This document shows positions 41,786 to 51,310 of a stretch of 64,000 nt of DNA, piece by piece. Origin of the DNA: Pseudomonadota bacterium (lineage in GTDB: Bacteria > Pseudomonadota > Gammaproteobacteria > JAKAQQ01). A program made the translations under genes and the position numbers. Within the stretch, counting starts at the first letter, position 1. The number at the start of each line of letters is the position of its first letter. Under the pieces are notes generated by a model that saw nothing but the letters and a program-made list of their open reading frames with translations, did no database searches and was not told where the DNA came from. The stretch lies in the NCBI GenBank assembly GCA_027320085.1, contig DAHVLZ010000009.1, positions 96,001-160,000 on the forward strand, read 5' to 3'.

Positions 41786-43156
41786 GTGAAAACTCCCCTC
41801 CGGACTGAGCCGGGGTCCGTGACGGACACGGTCGCTCTGCCCGAGGACGTTTCCCTCAGGCTCGCCGACCGGCTCCATGTCCATGCACTGAGACATGGCC
41901 AGGCCACCCTGTGGAACCGCCTGCTTCTGGGACTCACCCTGATCGGACCCGGGATTCTCGTCATGCTGGGTGACAATGATGCGGGCGGGGTGGTGACCTA
42001 CATGCAAACCGGTGCCCGCTACGGAATCGGTCTCTTCGTCCCCCTCATGATCCTCCTGGGATTCGTGGCCTACCTGGTCCAGGAAATGACCATCCGTCTG
42101 GGTGCCGTAACCCGGCGCGGGCACGCTGAGCTCATCTGGAAGCGCTACGGCCCCTTCTGGGGCGCCTTCTCCCTTTTTGATCTCGTGGCTGCGAACGTTC
42201 TCACCCTCATGACGGAGTTCATCGGCATCCGGGTCGCCAGTGCGGTGTTCGGCTGGCCCTACGCCCTGACCATTCCGTTGGGCGCCTTGTTCGTGGTGCT
42301 CTGCCTCGTGTATCTGCGTTACTGGACCTGGGAGCGGATCAGCCTGCTCATCGCGGCCTTCAACCTGGTTTTCATCCCGATCACCCTCCTCTCGCACCCG
42401 GACTGGTCGGCCATCGGACGCAGCCTGGTGGGTGGGGGTTGGATCCTGACGGGCGGATTGCTGGCCCCCGCCTTCCTGATCCTGCTCTCAGCCAACATCG
42501 GAACCACCATCGCACCCTGGCAACTGTTTTTCCAGCAGTCTTGCGTGGTCGACAAGGGACTCTTGGAGAAGGACATCAATGCCGGACGGCGTGATCTCAT
42601 GATCGGCGTGATCGGCATGGTGCTCGTGGCCATGGCGCTCATCATCCTGAGCGGGCAGTACATCCACGGTCAGGCCGGGGCCGACCGTTTCAGCATCGGC
42701 ACCATGATCCATCTCCTGGAGATCCGGCTCGGGCCCTGGATCGCGAGCCTGTTTGCCCTGGGACTTCTCGAGGCCGGCCTCATCGCCTCGATCGTGATCA
42801 CGGCGAGCACCTCGTGGGCGTTCGGCGAAGCCTTTGATATCCCTCGCTCACTCAATGCCCGGCCCCGGCAGGCCTGGGGGTTCTATGCGCCCGGAATTGT
42901 GAGCGTGCTCATCGCAGCTGGCGTGGTGATGATCCATGCCATTCCGCTCGGTTTCCTCAATCTCACAGTCCAGGTGGTCGCCACGATCTTCATGCCGGCT
43001 GCCCTCCTGTTCCTGCTCATGCTGCTCAATGACCGGGAACTCATGGGGGATGAGGTCAATGGACCCGTCCGCAACACCCTGTCCATCGGCCTCATGGCCC
43101 TGCTCATCCTGTGCAACGCACTCTACGGTCTCGCCTCCTTCCACGTCCTTTTCTAG
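41786..43156 (+). CDS. Nramp-related divalent metal transporter, NRMT (Mg2+)-type
   Basis: GPGILVMLGDNDAGG (DAGG instead of DPGN), QEMTIRLG, GTTIAPWQLFFQQS (instead of MPH), LNDRELMG. Confidence 0.88.
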   Translation: MKTPLRTEPGSVTDTVALPEDVSLRLADRLHVHALRHGQATLWNRLLLGLTLIGPGILVMLGDNDAGGVVTYMQTGARYGIGLFVPLMILLGFVAYLVQEMTIRLGAVTRRGHAELIWKRYGPFWGAFSLFDLVAANVLTLMTEFIGIRVASAVFGWPYALTIPLGALFVVLCLVYLRYWTWERISLLIAAFNLVFIPITLLSHPDWSAIGRSLVGGGWILTGGLLAPAFLILLSANIGTTIAPWQLFFQQSCVVDKGLLEKDINAGRRDLMIGVIGMVLVAMALIILSGQYIHGQAGADRFSIGTMIHLLEIRLGPWIASLFALGLLEAGLIASIVITASTSWAFGEAFDIPRSLNARPRQAWGFYAPGIVSVLIAAGVVMIHAIPLGFLNLTVQVVATIFMPAALLFLLMLLNDRELMGDEVNGPVRNTLSIGLMALLILCNALYGLASFHVLF

Positions 43157-43170
43157 GCCAGGTGCCCGTC

Positions 43171-43365
43171 ATGAAAGAACTCGACGAATATGACCCCCAG
43201 CAAATTCGCACTCTCCTCGAGCAGGAGCACTGGCTGGATCCTCTGCCGCCGGTCCGACGGGTTCCGCTGGCGGGTTGGCAGCGGGCGGTCTTCTGGGGGC
43301 TCCGGATCTACATCGTGATCATGATCGTGGTCGTCGCCTGGGGGTTTTCACGCTCTTTCGGTTGA
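43171..43365 (+). CDS. small single-TM protein downstream of the NRMT gene
   Basis: MKELDEYDP...PLPPVRRVPL...FWGLRIYIVIMIVVVAWGF; 14 nt after transporter stop. Confidence 0.75.
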   Translation: MKELDEYDPQQIRTLLEQEHWLDPLPPVRRVPLAGWQRAVFWGLRIYIVIMIVVVAWGFSRSFG

Positions 43366-43993
43366 GCCGCGACGTCGTTCGAAATCTGGCCGGTCCGGCC
43401 GTTCTCCGATCCGCCCGGGGGGCGTCACCCCGGTAGAGCCAGGCGAGCTCGGCAGACCACTCCAAGGCGGCGAGATGATGCCAGGCCTCTTCCAGGCTTG
43501 CAGCCGCCGAGTAGACCCCATGGCCCCGCACGATCGCCAGGGGGTACTCCCGCAAGGACTCAGACACCGCCCGGGCCGCATCCTCAAAGGGGGTTTCGCG
43601 GGAACTGTCCACGATCGGTACGCGGGGGAAGCTGAGGCGGCCTTCAAAATCAAGGGGCTCGAATGAACTTTCCCCGAGCAGGCTCATAGCTACGCTGTAA
43701 AGACCATGACCATGAAGCACGGCACCATGGGTTTCCTGCTTGCGATAGGTTGCACAATGGAGGGGGGCATCCCAGGATGCGCCGGCTGGAATTTCCGAAT
43801 CAAGATCCAAAAGAACCAGTTCTGCCTCGGTCAATTCCTCTGCCCAAGCGCCATGCGGGGTGATCCAGACCTGCTTCCCAAGACGGAGAGAGGCGTTCCC
43901 ACTATGGGGATCATTGAGGCCGTACTCCCGCATACGGCGGTAAATCCGTACGAGATCACCGGGTGTCGTGGTGGCAGGGCGTTGGGCCGACAT
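43319..43993 (-). CDS. class II aldolase/adducin family protein
   Basis: SGNAS, ITP, LH...Y, AVLHGH, RGHG. Confidence 0.88.
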   Translation of the reverse strand: MSAQRPATTTPGDLVRIYRRMREYGLNDPHSGNASLRLGKQVWITPHGAWAEELTEAELVLLDLDSEIPAGASWDAPLHCATYRKQETHGAVLHGHGLYSVAMSLLGESSFEPLDFEGRLSFPRVPIVDSSRETPFEDAARAVSESLREYPLAIVRGHGVYSAAASLEEAWHHLAALEWSAELAWLYRGDAPRADRRTAGPARFRTTSRLNRKSVKTPRRRPRS

Positions 43994-43994
43994 C

Positions 43995-44807
43995 TCATAT
44001 CCCCCGTTCGAACCTAATCTGGTGAACCCGGCTGTCGATGCGACCATCGGACCAGAGACGGTAGCTCCGCCAGCCCCCCCAACCGGTCTCGATCATGAAG
44101 TCCGAGCAACCCAGCACGAACTGCATCGCGCTGGAGGGAGTTCCATAGTAGCGGATCCCACCCACGACTGTCTCGAAGGCGGCATGGATATGCCCGAACA
44201 CAACCGCCCGTACCGGCGATCCGTTGAGCTGGGTCACCCAGTTCCGGTCACCCGACGAAAGACCAATCCTATCGAGCCAGGCGGTCCCCGTCTCCACGGG
44301 TGGATGGTGAAGCGCCACCAGCGTCGGGACCGGGGGTTCGTGGGCGAGTGCTTCCACCAGCGCGGCACGGTCACCTACGTCGAGGCGACCCTCCACGTGA
44401 CCTGGCCAGACCGTATTCAGGAGCAGAATGCGCCACGGACCGAGCTGGATGCGCCGGGGCATGAGGGATTCACCGAAGAACTCACGCATGATCCGCTCGT
44501 CATCGTGGTTGCCAGCCAAAACGTACCAGGGAATGGCGGTCCTGGCCATCAGACGCGCGAGTCGACGGTAACTATCCGGGGTACCCTCATGGGCCAAATC
44601 CCCCGTCAGGAGGAGACAGTCTGGCCTCTCCTCTTCCACCAGGGCCGAGCAGATCCGGGCCAGTCGGGCCTCGGGCTGGACTCCGGATTTGAGCCACCCA
44701 TCTGGGTCGGCCAGAAGGTGCGGGTCGGAAATTTGGATGAGGCGGAAACACCTCTCAGCCGAGCAGTCCCGGCCCCGGGTCACACCCAGATCTTGCCTCT
44801 CGGACAC
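43995..44807 (-). CDS. cpdA: 3',5'-cyclic-AMP phosphodiesterase (metallophosphoesterase)
   Basis: QISDPHL, TGDL, GNHD, LHHPP, FGHIH, TPS..QF; GAGGAG SD before GTG 44807. Confidence 0.85.
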   Translation of the reverse strand: MSERQDLGVTRGRDCSAERCFRLIQISDPHLLADPDGWLKSGVQPEARLARICSALVEEERPDCLLLTGDLAHEGTPDSYRRLARLMARTAIPWYVLAGNHDDERIMREFFGESLMPRRIQLGPWRILLLNTVWPGHVEGRLDVGDRAALVEALAHEPPVPTLVALHHPPVETGTAWLDRIGLSSGDRNWVTQLNGSPVRAVVFGHIHAAFETVVGGIRYYGTPSSAMQFVLGCSDFMIETGWGGWRSYRLWSDGRIDSRVHQIRFERGI

Positions 44808-44918
44808 CGGGCAACTCCTCGCAGTGAATCCTGGGGGGGATTCTACCCAGCCGAGTCTAGCCACGGCAAAAGCTTCGCCCAATCGGTTTATGCTAGGACG
44901 GCCGACCGGAGATTCCAC

Positions 44919-46973
44919 ATGCCCAATGACCTCGCCCCCTCCGCAGACGAGATCGCCGTCCACTGGCGCGAAGAACCCCGGATCGATCCTCCTCCGGCCT
45001 TTGCGCCTGAGGCACAGGTCCGCGACCGAACGTTGCGCGACGAGATGGATCCCTCCCACGGACCGGAGGTGTTTCGGGCCTACGCCGACCTGCTCACCTG
45101 GGACCGGCCTTTTGAACGGGTACTGGACGCCACCCGACCGCCCTTCTACCGGTGGTTCACCGGGGGCCACCTCAACGCCTGTGTCAACGCCATCGACAGG
45201 CACCTGCCCGGTGCAGCCAACCGAATCGCCTACCATTTCGTGCCGGAGGACGAATCAGCACCGGTCGAGCACATCACCTATGGCGAGTTGTCCCGTCGCG
45301 TCAACCGCCTGGCCCACCTCCTCCGGGACCGCTTCGCCCTCGCGGCAGGCGATCGGGTCACCCTTTATCTTCCCATGGTCCCCGAACTGCCGGTAGCCAT
45401 GCTTGCCTGTGCCCGGCTCGGAGTCATCCACTCCGTCGTCTTCAGTGGTTTTTCCGGCAAGGCCGCAGGCGACCGGATCGTGGACTCGAACAGTCGTCTG
45501 CTGATCACCATGGACGGCTACTCGCGGGGTGGTCAATGGGTCGATCTCAAGGCCAAAGCTGACCAGGCCGTCGCGGAAAGTCATGCCCAGAACCATCACC
45601 TGGAAGGTCTCCTCGTCTTTGAACGAACCCCTTGCCACTACCGCAGTGAAAGCCCGATCCGCACACCGGGTGAGTTTGTCCTTACTTCCCTGCTTGAGCA
45701 GTCGTCCGGAGATTCCTGCACACCGGTTTCGCGAGAATCCAATGAGGGACTGTTTATCATGTACTCGAGCGGCACGACGGGGCGCCCCAAGGGTTGTTTT
45801 CACGGAACGGGCGGGTACCTCAGCTGGGTCGCCGCCACGACGCGTTACGTTCTGGATCTTAATCCGCGAGACGTTTACTGGTGCATGGCCGACATCGGCT
45901 GGATCACCGGCCACTCCTATATCGTCTATGGCCCACTCATGCTCGGGGCAACCTCCGTCCTCTACGAGGGTCTTCCCCACTGGCCGGACGCTGCACGACC
46001 CTGGAGAATCTCGGAACGGCTTGGGGTCACGATACTGCATACCTCGCCCACCGCGATTCGAGCCCTGCGCCGGCTGGATCCGGATCTGCCGCAGCGCTAC
46101 GCCACATCCTTCCGACTCCTCTGCACCGTGGGCGAACCCATCGAACCGGAAACTTGGCATTGGTATCACGAAACCGTCGGTCACCGTCGGGCTGTGGTCG
46201 TCGATACCTACTGGCAGACCGAGACAGGCGGTCACTTGCTCGCGACCCTGCCCGGTGTCGATGCCATGAAACCCGGGAGCGCCGGCCCCCCGGTGCCGGG
46301 AATCGCCGCCTCGATCTATGATGAGACCGGCCGAAAGCTCCCCCCGGGTTCAGGCCGAGCTGGCCTTTTGGGCATCGAGCATCCCTGGCCTGGTCTCATG
46401 CTCGGGATCTGGAATGATCCCGACCGTTTCCGCAAGACCTATTTTGATCCGCTCCGGAAGGGAACGGAAGCTGATCGCTGGATCTATTGCACGCATGATG
46501 CTGCCACCTGGAGCGCAGATGGGTATTTTCGGATTCTTGGACGCACCGACGACGTCATCAACGTGGCGGGACACCGGCTGGGCAGCAAGGAGATGGAGTC
46601 AGCAGCGCTCAGCGTGACGGGAGTGGCCGAGGCGGCGGTCGTCCCTTACCCCGACCCCGTGAAAGGCGCGGTCCCCCTGCTTTTCATTTCCGCACAAAAA
46701 AGCTGCAAAAACGCCCGTGACCTGGTTCCCGCCGTTACGCGGGCCGTGATCGAAGCCATCGGCCCGATCGCTCGTCCGCACGCCGTGATCCTCGTGACCG
46801 ACCTGCCCAAAACCCGATCCGGAAAAATCATGCGTCGGATCCTCCGGGCGGTCGCCCGGGGAGAGGATGCTGGGGACGTCACCACGCTGGCCAACCCCGA
46901 ATCCGTGGACCCAGTCCGGCAAGCCATCGGAGAAAGTCTCGCGACCAACCCAACCGTTGGAGAGAGATCCTAG
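44919..46973 (+). CDS. acs: acetyl-CoA synthetase
   Basis: WFTGGHLN, MLACARLG, YSSGTTGRPKG, ADIGWITGHSY, VGEPI, DTYWQTETG, LPKTRSGKIMRR. Confidence 0.95.
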   Translation: MPNDLAPSADEIAVHWREEPRIDPPPAFAPEAQVRDRTLRDEMDPSHGPEVFRAYADLLTWDRPFERVLDATRPPFYRWFTGGHLNACVNAIDRHLPGAANRIAYHFVPEDESAPVEHITYGELSRRVNRLAHLLRDRFALAAGDRVTLYLPMVPELPVAMLACARLGVIHSVVFSGFSGKAAGDRIVDSNSRLLITMDGYSRGGQWVDLKAKADQAVAESHAQNHHLEGLLVFERTPCHYRSESPIRTPGEFVLTSLLEQSSGDSCTPVSRESNEGLFIMYSSGTTGRPKGCFHGTGGYLSWVAATTRYVLDLNPRDVYWCMADIGWITGHSYIVYGPLMLGATSVLYEGLPHWPDAARPWRISERLGVTILHTSPTAIRALRRLDPDLPQRYATSFRLLCTVGEPIEPETWHWYHETVGHRRAVVVDTYWQTETGGHLLATLPGVDAMKPGSAGPPVPGIAASIYDETGRKLPPGSGRAGLLGIEHPWPGLMLGIWNDPDRFRKTYFDPLRKGTEADRWIYCTHDAATWSADGYFRILGRTDDVINVAGHRLGSKEMESAALSVTGVAEAAVVPYPDPVKGAVPLLFISAQKSCKNARDLVPAVTRAVIEAIGPIARPHAVILVTDLPKTRSGKIMRRILRAVARGEDAGDVTTLANPESVDPVRQAIGESLATNPTVGERS

Positions 46974-47188
46974 TCAGGCCCGCCTCGCGCCTTCATTCCT
47001 GCCCGACCTTAACGCACCCTAGGGATTGTAGATCCCGATCCGGGCTTCAACGTAGCGGCGGCAAGCCACGACCTCCCGTTCAGGCGACCGGTGCACAAAA
47101 CCCCTACATCCCAGAGATTTGATCGGCGGCCGACATCTCCGGCGCAACAACCATGACTGGTGGGGTCGTGACCACCAGCGGGTGGAAT

Positions 47189-47863
47189 CTAGCGACGGGG
47201 GGGAGGCTGGGGGGGCGCAGCCGGCGGCAAGGGTGCCGGGGCAGGGGCAGGCCGGGGAAAGAAGGGCGGCCTTGTTCCGATGACGGGCGGCGTGTTCGTC
47301 CCGGGGCAGGTGATTTCATAGCCACAGATACCGAACCCGGCACTCGGTGGGGACAAGTCCGGGGCGGGCTCAGGGGATTGGGCGACAGGAGGCGGCCCAA
47401 GCCCCACTGGGTAAAATCCCAAGGGCGGGTAGAATGCACCCCGTTGTCCGGCGTAGCCCGAAGGGGCAACTTCCGCGCGTCCATTTCCGGGATAAGGTGA
47501 CTGGGGGACGGTTGGGGAGGACCCAGCCTCCTGCTGTTCAAGCATTCGCAAACCTTGTTCCATGGAACGGGCAGCACGCAGACTGGAACGGTAGTCGCGA
47601 CGCGCCTTGCGTGCTGAAACGGGAACCAGTTCAAGGGTCTTCTGCCTGAGGTGGGTCACCCCGGGCTGGTTGCGGGAAGGTGGAGTTCCCGAAAAATGGG
47701 CCACCCCGTGGGGACCCGTCCACTCGTAGATTCTCACCGGAACTGCCTGCCTGGACTCGGCCCTCAGGGGGCCGGTCCAGAAACCGGCCAGTATCGCCAG
47801 CACAAGCACCGCCCACCGGCTGGTCTGCCGAAACCCGGCACTGCGGGCAGGGATCCCATTCAT
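47189..47863 (-). CDS. DUF4124-like exported protein with Pro-rich tail
   Basis: Signal peptide, IYEWTGPHGVAHFSGTPP, low-complexity Pro-rich C-terminus. Confidence 0.78.
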   Translation of the reverse strand: MNGIPARSAGFRQTSRWAVLVLAILAGFWTGPLRAESRQAVPVRIYEWTGPHGVAHFSGTPPSRNQPGVTHLRQKTLELVPVSARKARRDYRSSLRAARSMEQGLRMLEQQEAGSSPTVPQSPYPGNGRAEVAPSGYAGQRGAFYPPLGFYPVGLGPPPVAQSPEPAPDLSPPSAGFGICGYEITCPGTNTPPVIGTRPPFFPRPAPAPAPLPPAAPPQPPPRR

Positions 47864-47896
47864 GATCCGGATTCTACGCCTCCCCACGAAAACCGC

Positions 47897-49090
47897 CTAT
47901 CCCCGCTGTTTTGCGGTCCCCGTCTTGATGGCAGGCGGAATGCGGGCGCCCTGGGCGAGGTGGCGATGCAGGATCGCCACTCGTTCAACCTGTCCCTTTG
48001 CGGCGTAGCGCTCGTAGAATCCGTCTGTCCGGAAATCCGGCACCAGGTTGCGCCATGGCGACAGACGCACCTCCCACCGTTCGATCCGGCCCTCCTCCGG
48101 GTCCCGATCGCTTTCGGCCAGATCGGCTGCCACCCGGATCAGTGCCTTGAGGGTCACAGGACGGGTCACCATGTACCGGCTGTTGCTGCCCCAGGCCGTA
48201 CCAAAGACTTTCTGTGCGGCCTTGAAAAAATCGCGGATCACCCGGTAGTCGCGTTCCGCCTCGCGGGCCGTGGCACCCCCCTTCTCGATGGCCGGCCAGC
48301 GGGCACGGACCCAACGATGCAGTTCATTGAACAGTTCTGCCTGGAGAATCCATTTCTCCTGCTGGCTACGCCCCCCCAACCGGTTGATGCGATAGCGGAG
48401 CGGGCTGTCCGTTGCGCTGTAGAGAGCATCGACGATGCGGGCGGCAAACTTCCGGTCCGGTTCCGCCCACGACACTTTTTCATACAGGTCAATGAGATGG
48501 CTCTTGTTGATCCGGGTCGGCGTGGAGTTGATGATGACGAACATCTCGGTTGCAAAATCTTCGCTGTGCCCATCGAACAGGATGCAGGGGATGTGGAGTG
48601 AGGCTGCCTCCTCTGGTTTTTTTTTGAGGTAGAAGTGCAATGCCGCCAGTCGATGCTGGCCATCGATGATCAGGAACCGGTCGCGGGGCTCACTCAAATT
48701 GCCGACATGGCGGACGCCTGACAGCGGAGTGAATTCCAGGGACTCTTTCGTGAAAAGCAGGATCGTACCGGGAATCGGCGGTTGGGAAATCGCGGTCTCG
48801 TAAAAATTCTGAAGGGCGCGCACCTTGGCCCGGGACAGCTCCCGCTGGAAAGCCCCGTCACTCCGTTCCACCCGTGCGATGAACCGAACGATGTCATCTT
48901 CCGTATCCGTATCTTCCGGACGGATCTGCCCACCTTCCCCATAGAAGCGGGAGATGAACCGGACCCGGTTCAGGAGATCCTGCGCGGTGTAGTTGATGAA
49001 GTAGAAATGGCTGTCTTTCTGTCGAATTTGTGTCGCAAGCACGGGGCACCTCCGTTCGGGTTCAGGCGGGGTCCGTCGGTTGCGGACCAT
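47897..49090 (-). CDS. DGQHR domain protein (DndB/ParB-like fold)
   Basis: FQRELS, IPGTILL, FLIIDGQHRLAAL, EMFVIINSTPTRINKS. Confidence 0.88.
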   Translation of the reverse strand: MVRNRRTPPEPERRCPVLATQIRQKDSHFYFINYTAQDLLNRVRFISRFYGEGGQIRPEDTDTEDDIVRFIARVERSDGAFQRELSRAKVRALQNFYETAISQPPIPGTILLFTKESLEFTPLSGVRHVGNLSEPRDRFLIIDGQHRLAALHFYLKKKPEEAASLHIPCILFDGHSEDFATEMFVIINSTPTRINKSHLIDLYEKVSWAEPDRKFAARIVDALYSATDSPLRYRINRLGGRSQQEKWILQAELFNELHRWVRARWPAIEKGGATAREAERDYRVIRDFFKAAQKVFGTAWGSNSRYMVTRPVTLKALIRVAADLAESDRDPEEGRIERWEVRLSPWRNLVPDFRTDGFYERYAAKGQVERVAILHRHLAQGARIPPAIKTGTAKQRG

Positions 49091-49098
49091 CTAGGATT

Positions 49099-50046
49099 CT
49101 ACACAGATTCGCCGGGCCCGGAATGGTGCCGGGCGACCGATTCAACCGGGACCTTCCGGACCCAGGATTCCGGCTGGAGGGTAATGTGACGGATTCCGTA
49201 GCGACTTTCCAGGTGGCGGGCCAGGCGCTCCAGCACGATTGACCAGTCACCCAGGGTTTCTACCATCACGTGAGCGGACAACGCAACCTGTTCAGAAGAA
49301 AGGGCCCAGATATGGAGATCGTGAACGGAAAGCACACCTTCCAGCTGGGACAGGCTTTCCCCGATCCGGATGGCGTCCAGCCCGGGGGGCACACCTTCGA
49401 GAAGGACATGGAGAGCCTGCCGGAACAACCGGACCCCCACGACGAGAATGAGGGCCGCAATGAACAGCGACAGGATTGGATCGATCGGCATCCAACCGGT
49501 CGTAACGATCACGGCACCCGCCGCGATGGCTGCGAGGGAGCCCAAAAGGTCGCCCATGGCATGCCAGAAGGTCATGCGAACATTGAGCGAATCGCGGTGG
49601 GCATGGAGGATCCGGGCTACGCCCAAGTTCAAGATCAAACCACCCGCTCCGATGACCAGCACGGTCCACCCGTTCACCGGTACCGGTTCCGGCCGAAGCA
49701 GGCGCCGGATAGACAGGGTCGCCAGGGCACCGAACAGGGTCAGCATGAGGATGGCGTTGATGGCGGCGGCAATGACTTCCGCCCGACCCCAGCCATAGGT
49801 CTGGTGCTCAGAGGGAGGCCTCCGAGAGAGGCTGGCCCCCGCCATGGCAATGACCAGGGCCAAGGTGTCGACCAGCATATGACCCGAATCACCGAGGAGG
49901 GCGAGAGAGTGAGCCCAGCGAGCAGCGGCAAACTCGATGAGCGCGTAGAGGGCCGTGAGACCCAGGCAGAAAGCCAGCCGCCGGCGCGAGTCGCTCCCCC
50001 CCTCAGCGAATGGATGGTGATGCCAGGAAGGCTCAGCGAGCGGCAA
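49099..50046 (-). CDS. cation diffusion facilitator (ZitB/CzcD-like)
   Basis: SLALLGDSGHMLVD, TYGWGRAE, HAMGD, DPILS, VHDLHIW, HITLQPE. Start uncertain. Confidence 0.93.
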   Translation of the reverse strand: MPLAEPSWHHHPFAEGGSDSRRRLAFCLGLTALYALIEFAAARWAHSLALLGDSGHMLVDTLALVIAMAGASLSRRPPSEHQTYGWGRAEVIAAAINAILMLTLFGALATLSIRRLLRPEPVPVNGWTVLVIGAGGLILNLGVARILHAHRDSLNVRMTFWHAMGDLLGSLAAIAAGAVIVTTGWMPIDPILSLFIAALILVVGVRLFRQALHVLLEGVPPGLDAIRIGESLSQLEGVLSVHDLHIWALSSEQVALSAHVMVETLGDWSIVLERLARHLESRYGIRHITLQPESWVRKVPVESVARHHSGPGESV

Positions 50047-51310
50047 AAGGAGGCAACCTCTTCCTGAGCCATCGCCGGGGAAGCTCACGGACATAGTCCG
50101 GGATTCCACCTGCGTAAGGGAGTGGGGCTTCTCCCTGGATCAGGGGCAGGAGATGGTGCCGGGCCGCTGGTGTCAGGCCGTATCCCCCAGCCCCGATGAA
50201 CTCCGGAGGAAGCGGCCGTTCCCGGTTGGCCACCTGGTCTAGGGCAATCTCTCCAATCCGGAAACGGGGGCGCGAACCGGCTCCGCGCAGGAGGGTCAAC
50301 ATGACGCCATCCGAACCGGTCAGAGCCTTGCGAACCGCCGCCCGACCCACCGCCAGAGCCGCCTCCCAATCGGTCCGGGAAGCCAGGTGCCGGGCAGCAC
50401 GTTGCAGGTAGTCGGATACGGCCCAGTGGTACTTGTATCCGAGACGCGTTCCAACCAGCTGGGCCAGCATCGGCGCCACCCCGCCGAGCTGTGCATGGCC
50501 AAAGGCATCCTTTCCCCCACTCTCGCTGATAAACCGCCCCTCCCGGTCGCGAATCCCCTCGGAGGCGACAATGACGCAGAACCCGCGGGATTCGACCGTT
50601 TCACGTACCCGGGCCAGGAAGTCCTCGGCATCGAACGGTCGCTCCGGAAACAGGATGAGGTGGGGAGGATCTCCAGCCCGCTTCTGCGCGAGGGCCGAGG
50701 CAGCGGCGATCCAGCCGCTGTGCCGACCCATGACCTCGAGGATGAAAACCCGGGTGGAGGTCCGAGACATGGAAGCGACGTCCAGCGCGGCCTCAAATGT
50801 GGAAACCGCGATGTACTTGGCAACCGAACCGTATCCAGGCGAAAAATCCGTTCCGTAGAGGTCGTTGTCGATCGTCTTGGGCAATCCCAAAACCCGGACT
50901 GGGTGACCCCGGCCTTTGCAATATTCGGCGATCTTGCGAGCCGTATCCTGTGAATCACCGCCCCCGTTGTAGAAGAAATAACCGACCTGGTGGGCGACGA
51001 AAACGGCGAAAAGCCTCTCATATTGGCCGGGATTCTTCTCGGGAGTACCCAGTTTGAAACGGCACGAGCCGAAGGCACCGGCCGGAGTATAGGGGAGTCG
51101 CGCAAGCAGGGATTCAGGAATTCTTTTCACATCAACGAGATTCTCCTCGAGAACGCCCACGATCCCATCCGATCCGACGTAAACGTCGCCAACGGATCCT
51201 CTTTTTCTCCGCGCCTCATCAATCAATGCCCAAGCCGTTGCATTGATGACCGACGTCACCCCTCCGGACTGGGCATACAAGATGTTTGCTGGCAAGGATT
51301 TTTTCTTCAT
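50033..51310 (-). CDS. phosphofructokinase, probably pyrophosphate-dependent
   Basis: AQSGGVTSVIN, GGGDS and PKTIDND (Asp/Lys pair associated with PPi use), EVMGRHSGW. Confidence 0.9.
   Translation of the reverse strand: MKKKSLPANILYAQSGGVTSVINATAWALIDEARRKRGSVGDVYVGSDGIVGVLEENLVDVKRIPESLLARLPYTPAGAFGSCRFKLGTPEKNPGQYERLFAVFVAHQVGYFFYNGGGDSQDTARKIAEYCKGRGHPVRVLGLPKTIDNDLYGTDFSPGYGSVAKYIAVSTFEAALDVASMSRTSTRVFILEVMGRHSGWIAAASALAQKRAGDPPHLILFPERPFDAEDFLARVRETVESRGFCVIVASEGIRDREGRFISESGGKDAFGHAQLGGVAPMLAQLVGTRLGYKYHWAVSDYLQRAARHLASRTDWEAALAVGRAAVRKALTGSDGVMLTLLRGAGSRPRFRIGEIALDQVANRERPLPPEFIGAGGYGLTPAARHHLLPLIQGEAPLPYAGGIPDYVRELPRRWLRKRLPPFAAR

Noticed and set aside
43968-44918. 317 aa N-terminal extension making Acs 1001 aa
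   Set aside because: It is the antisense of cpdA; Acs homology and an SD start at 44919.
47001-47130. 6S RNA, SRP RNA, HEARO/omega RNA or IS3 transposase remnant
   Set aside because: No SRP domain IV loop, no zapA/ygfA context, no IscB gene; peptide resemblance (YVEARIGIYNP) too weak.
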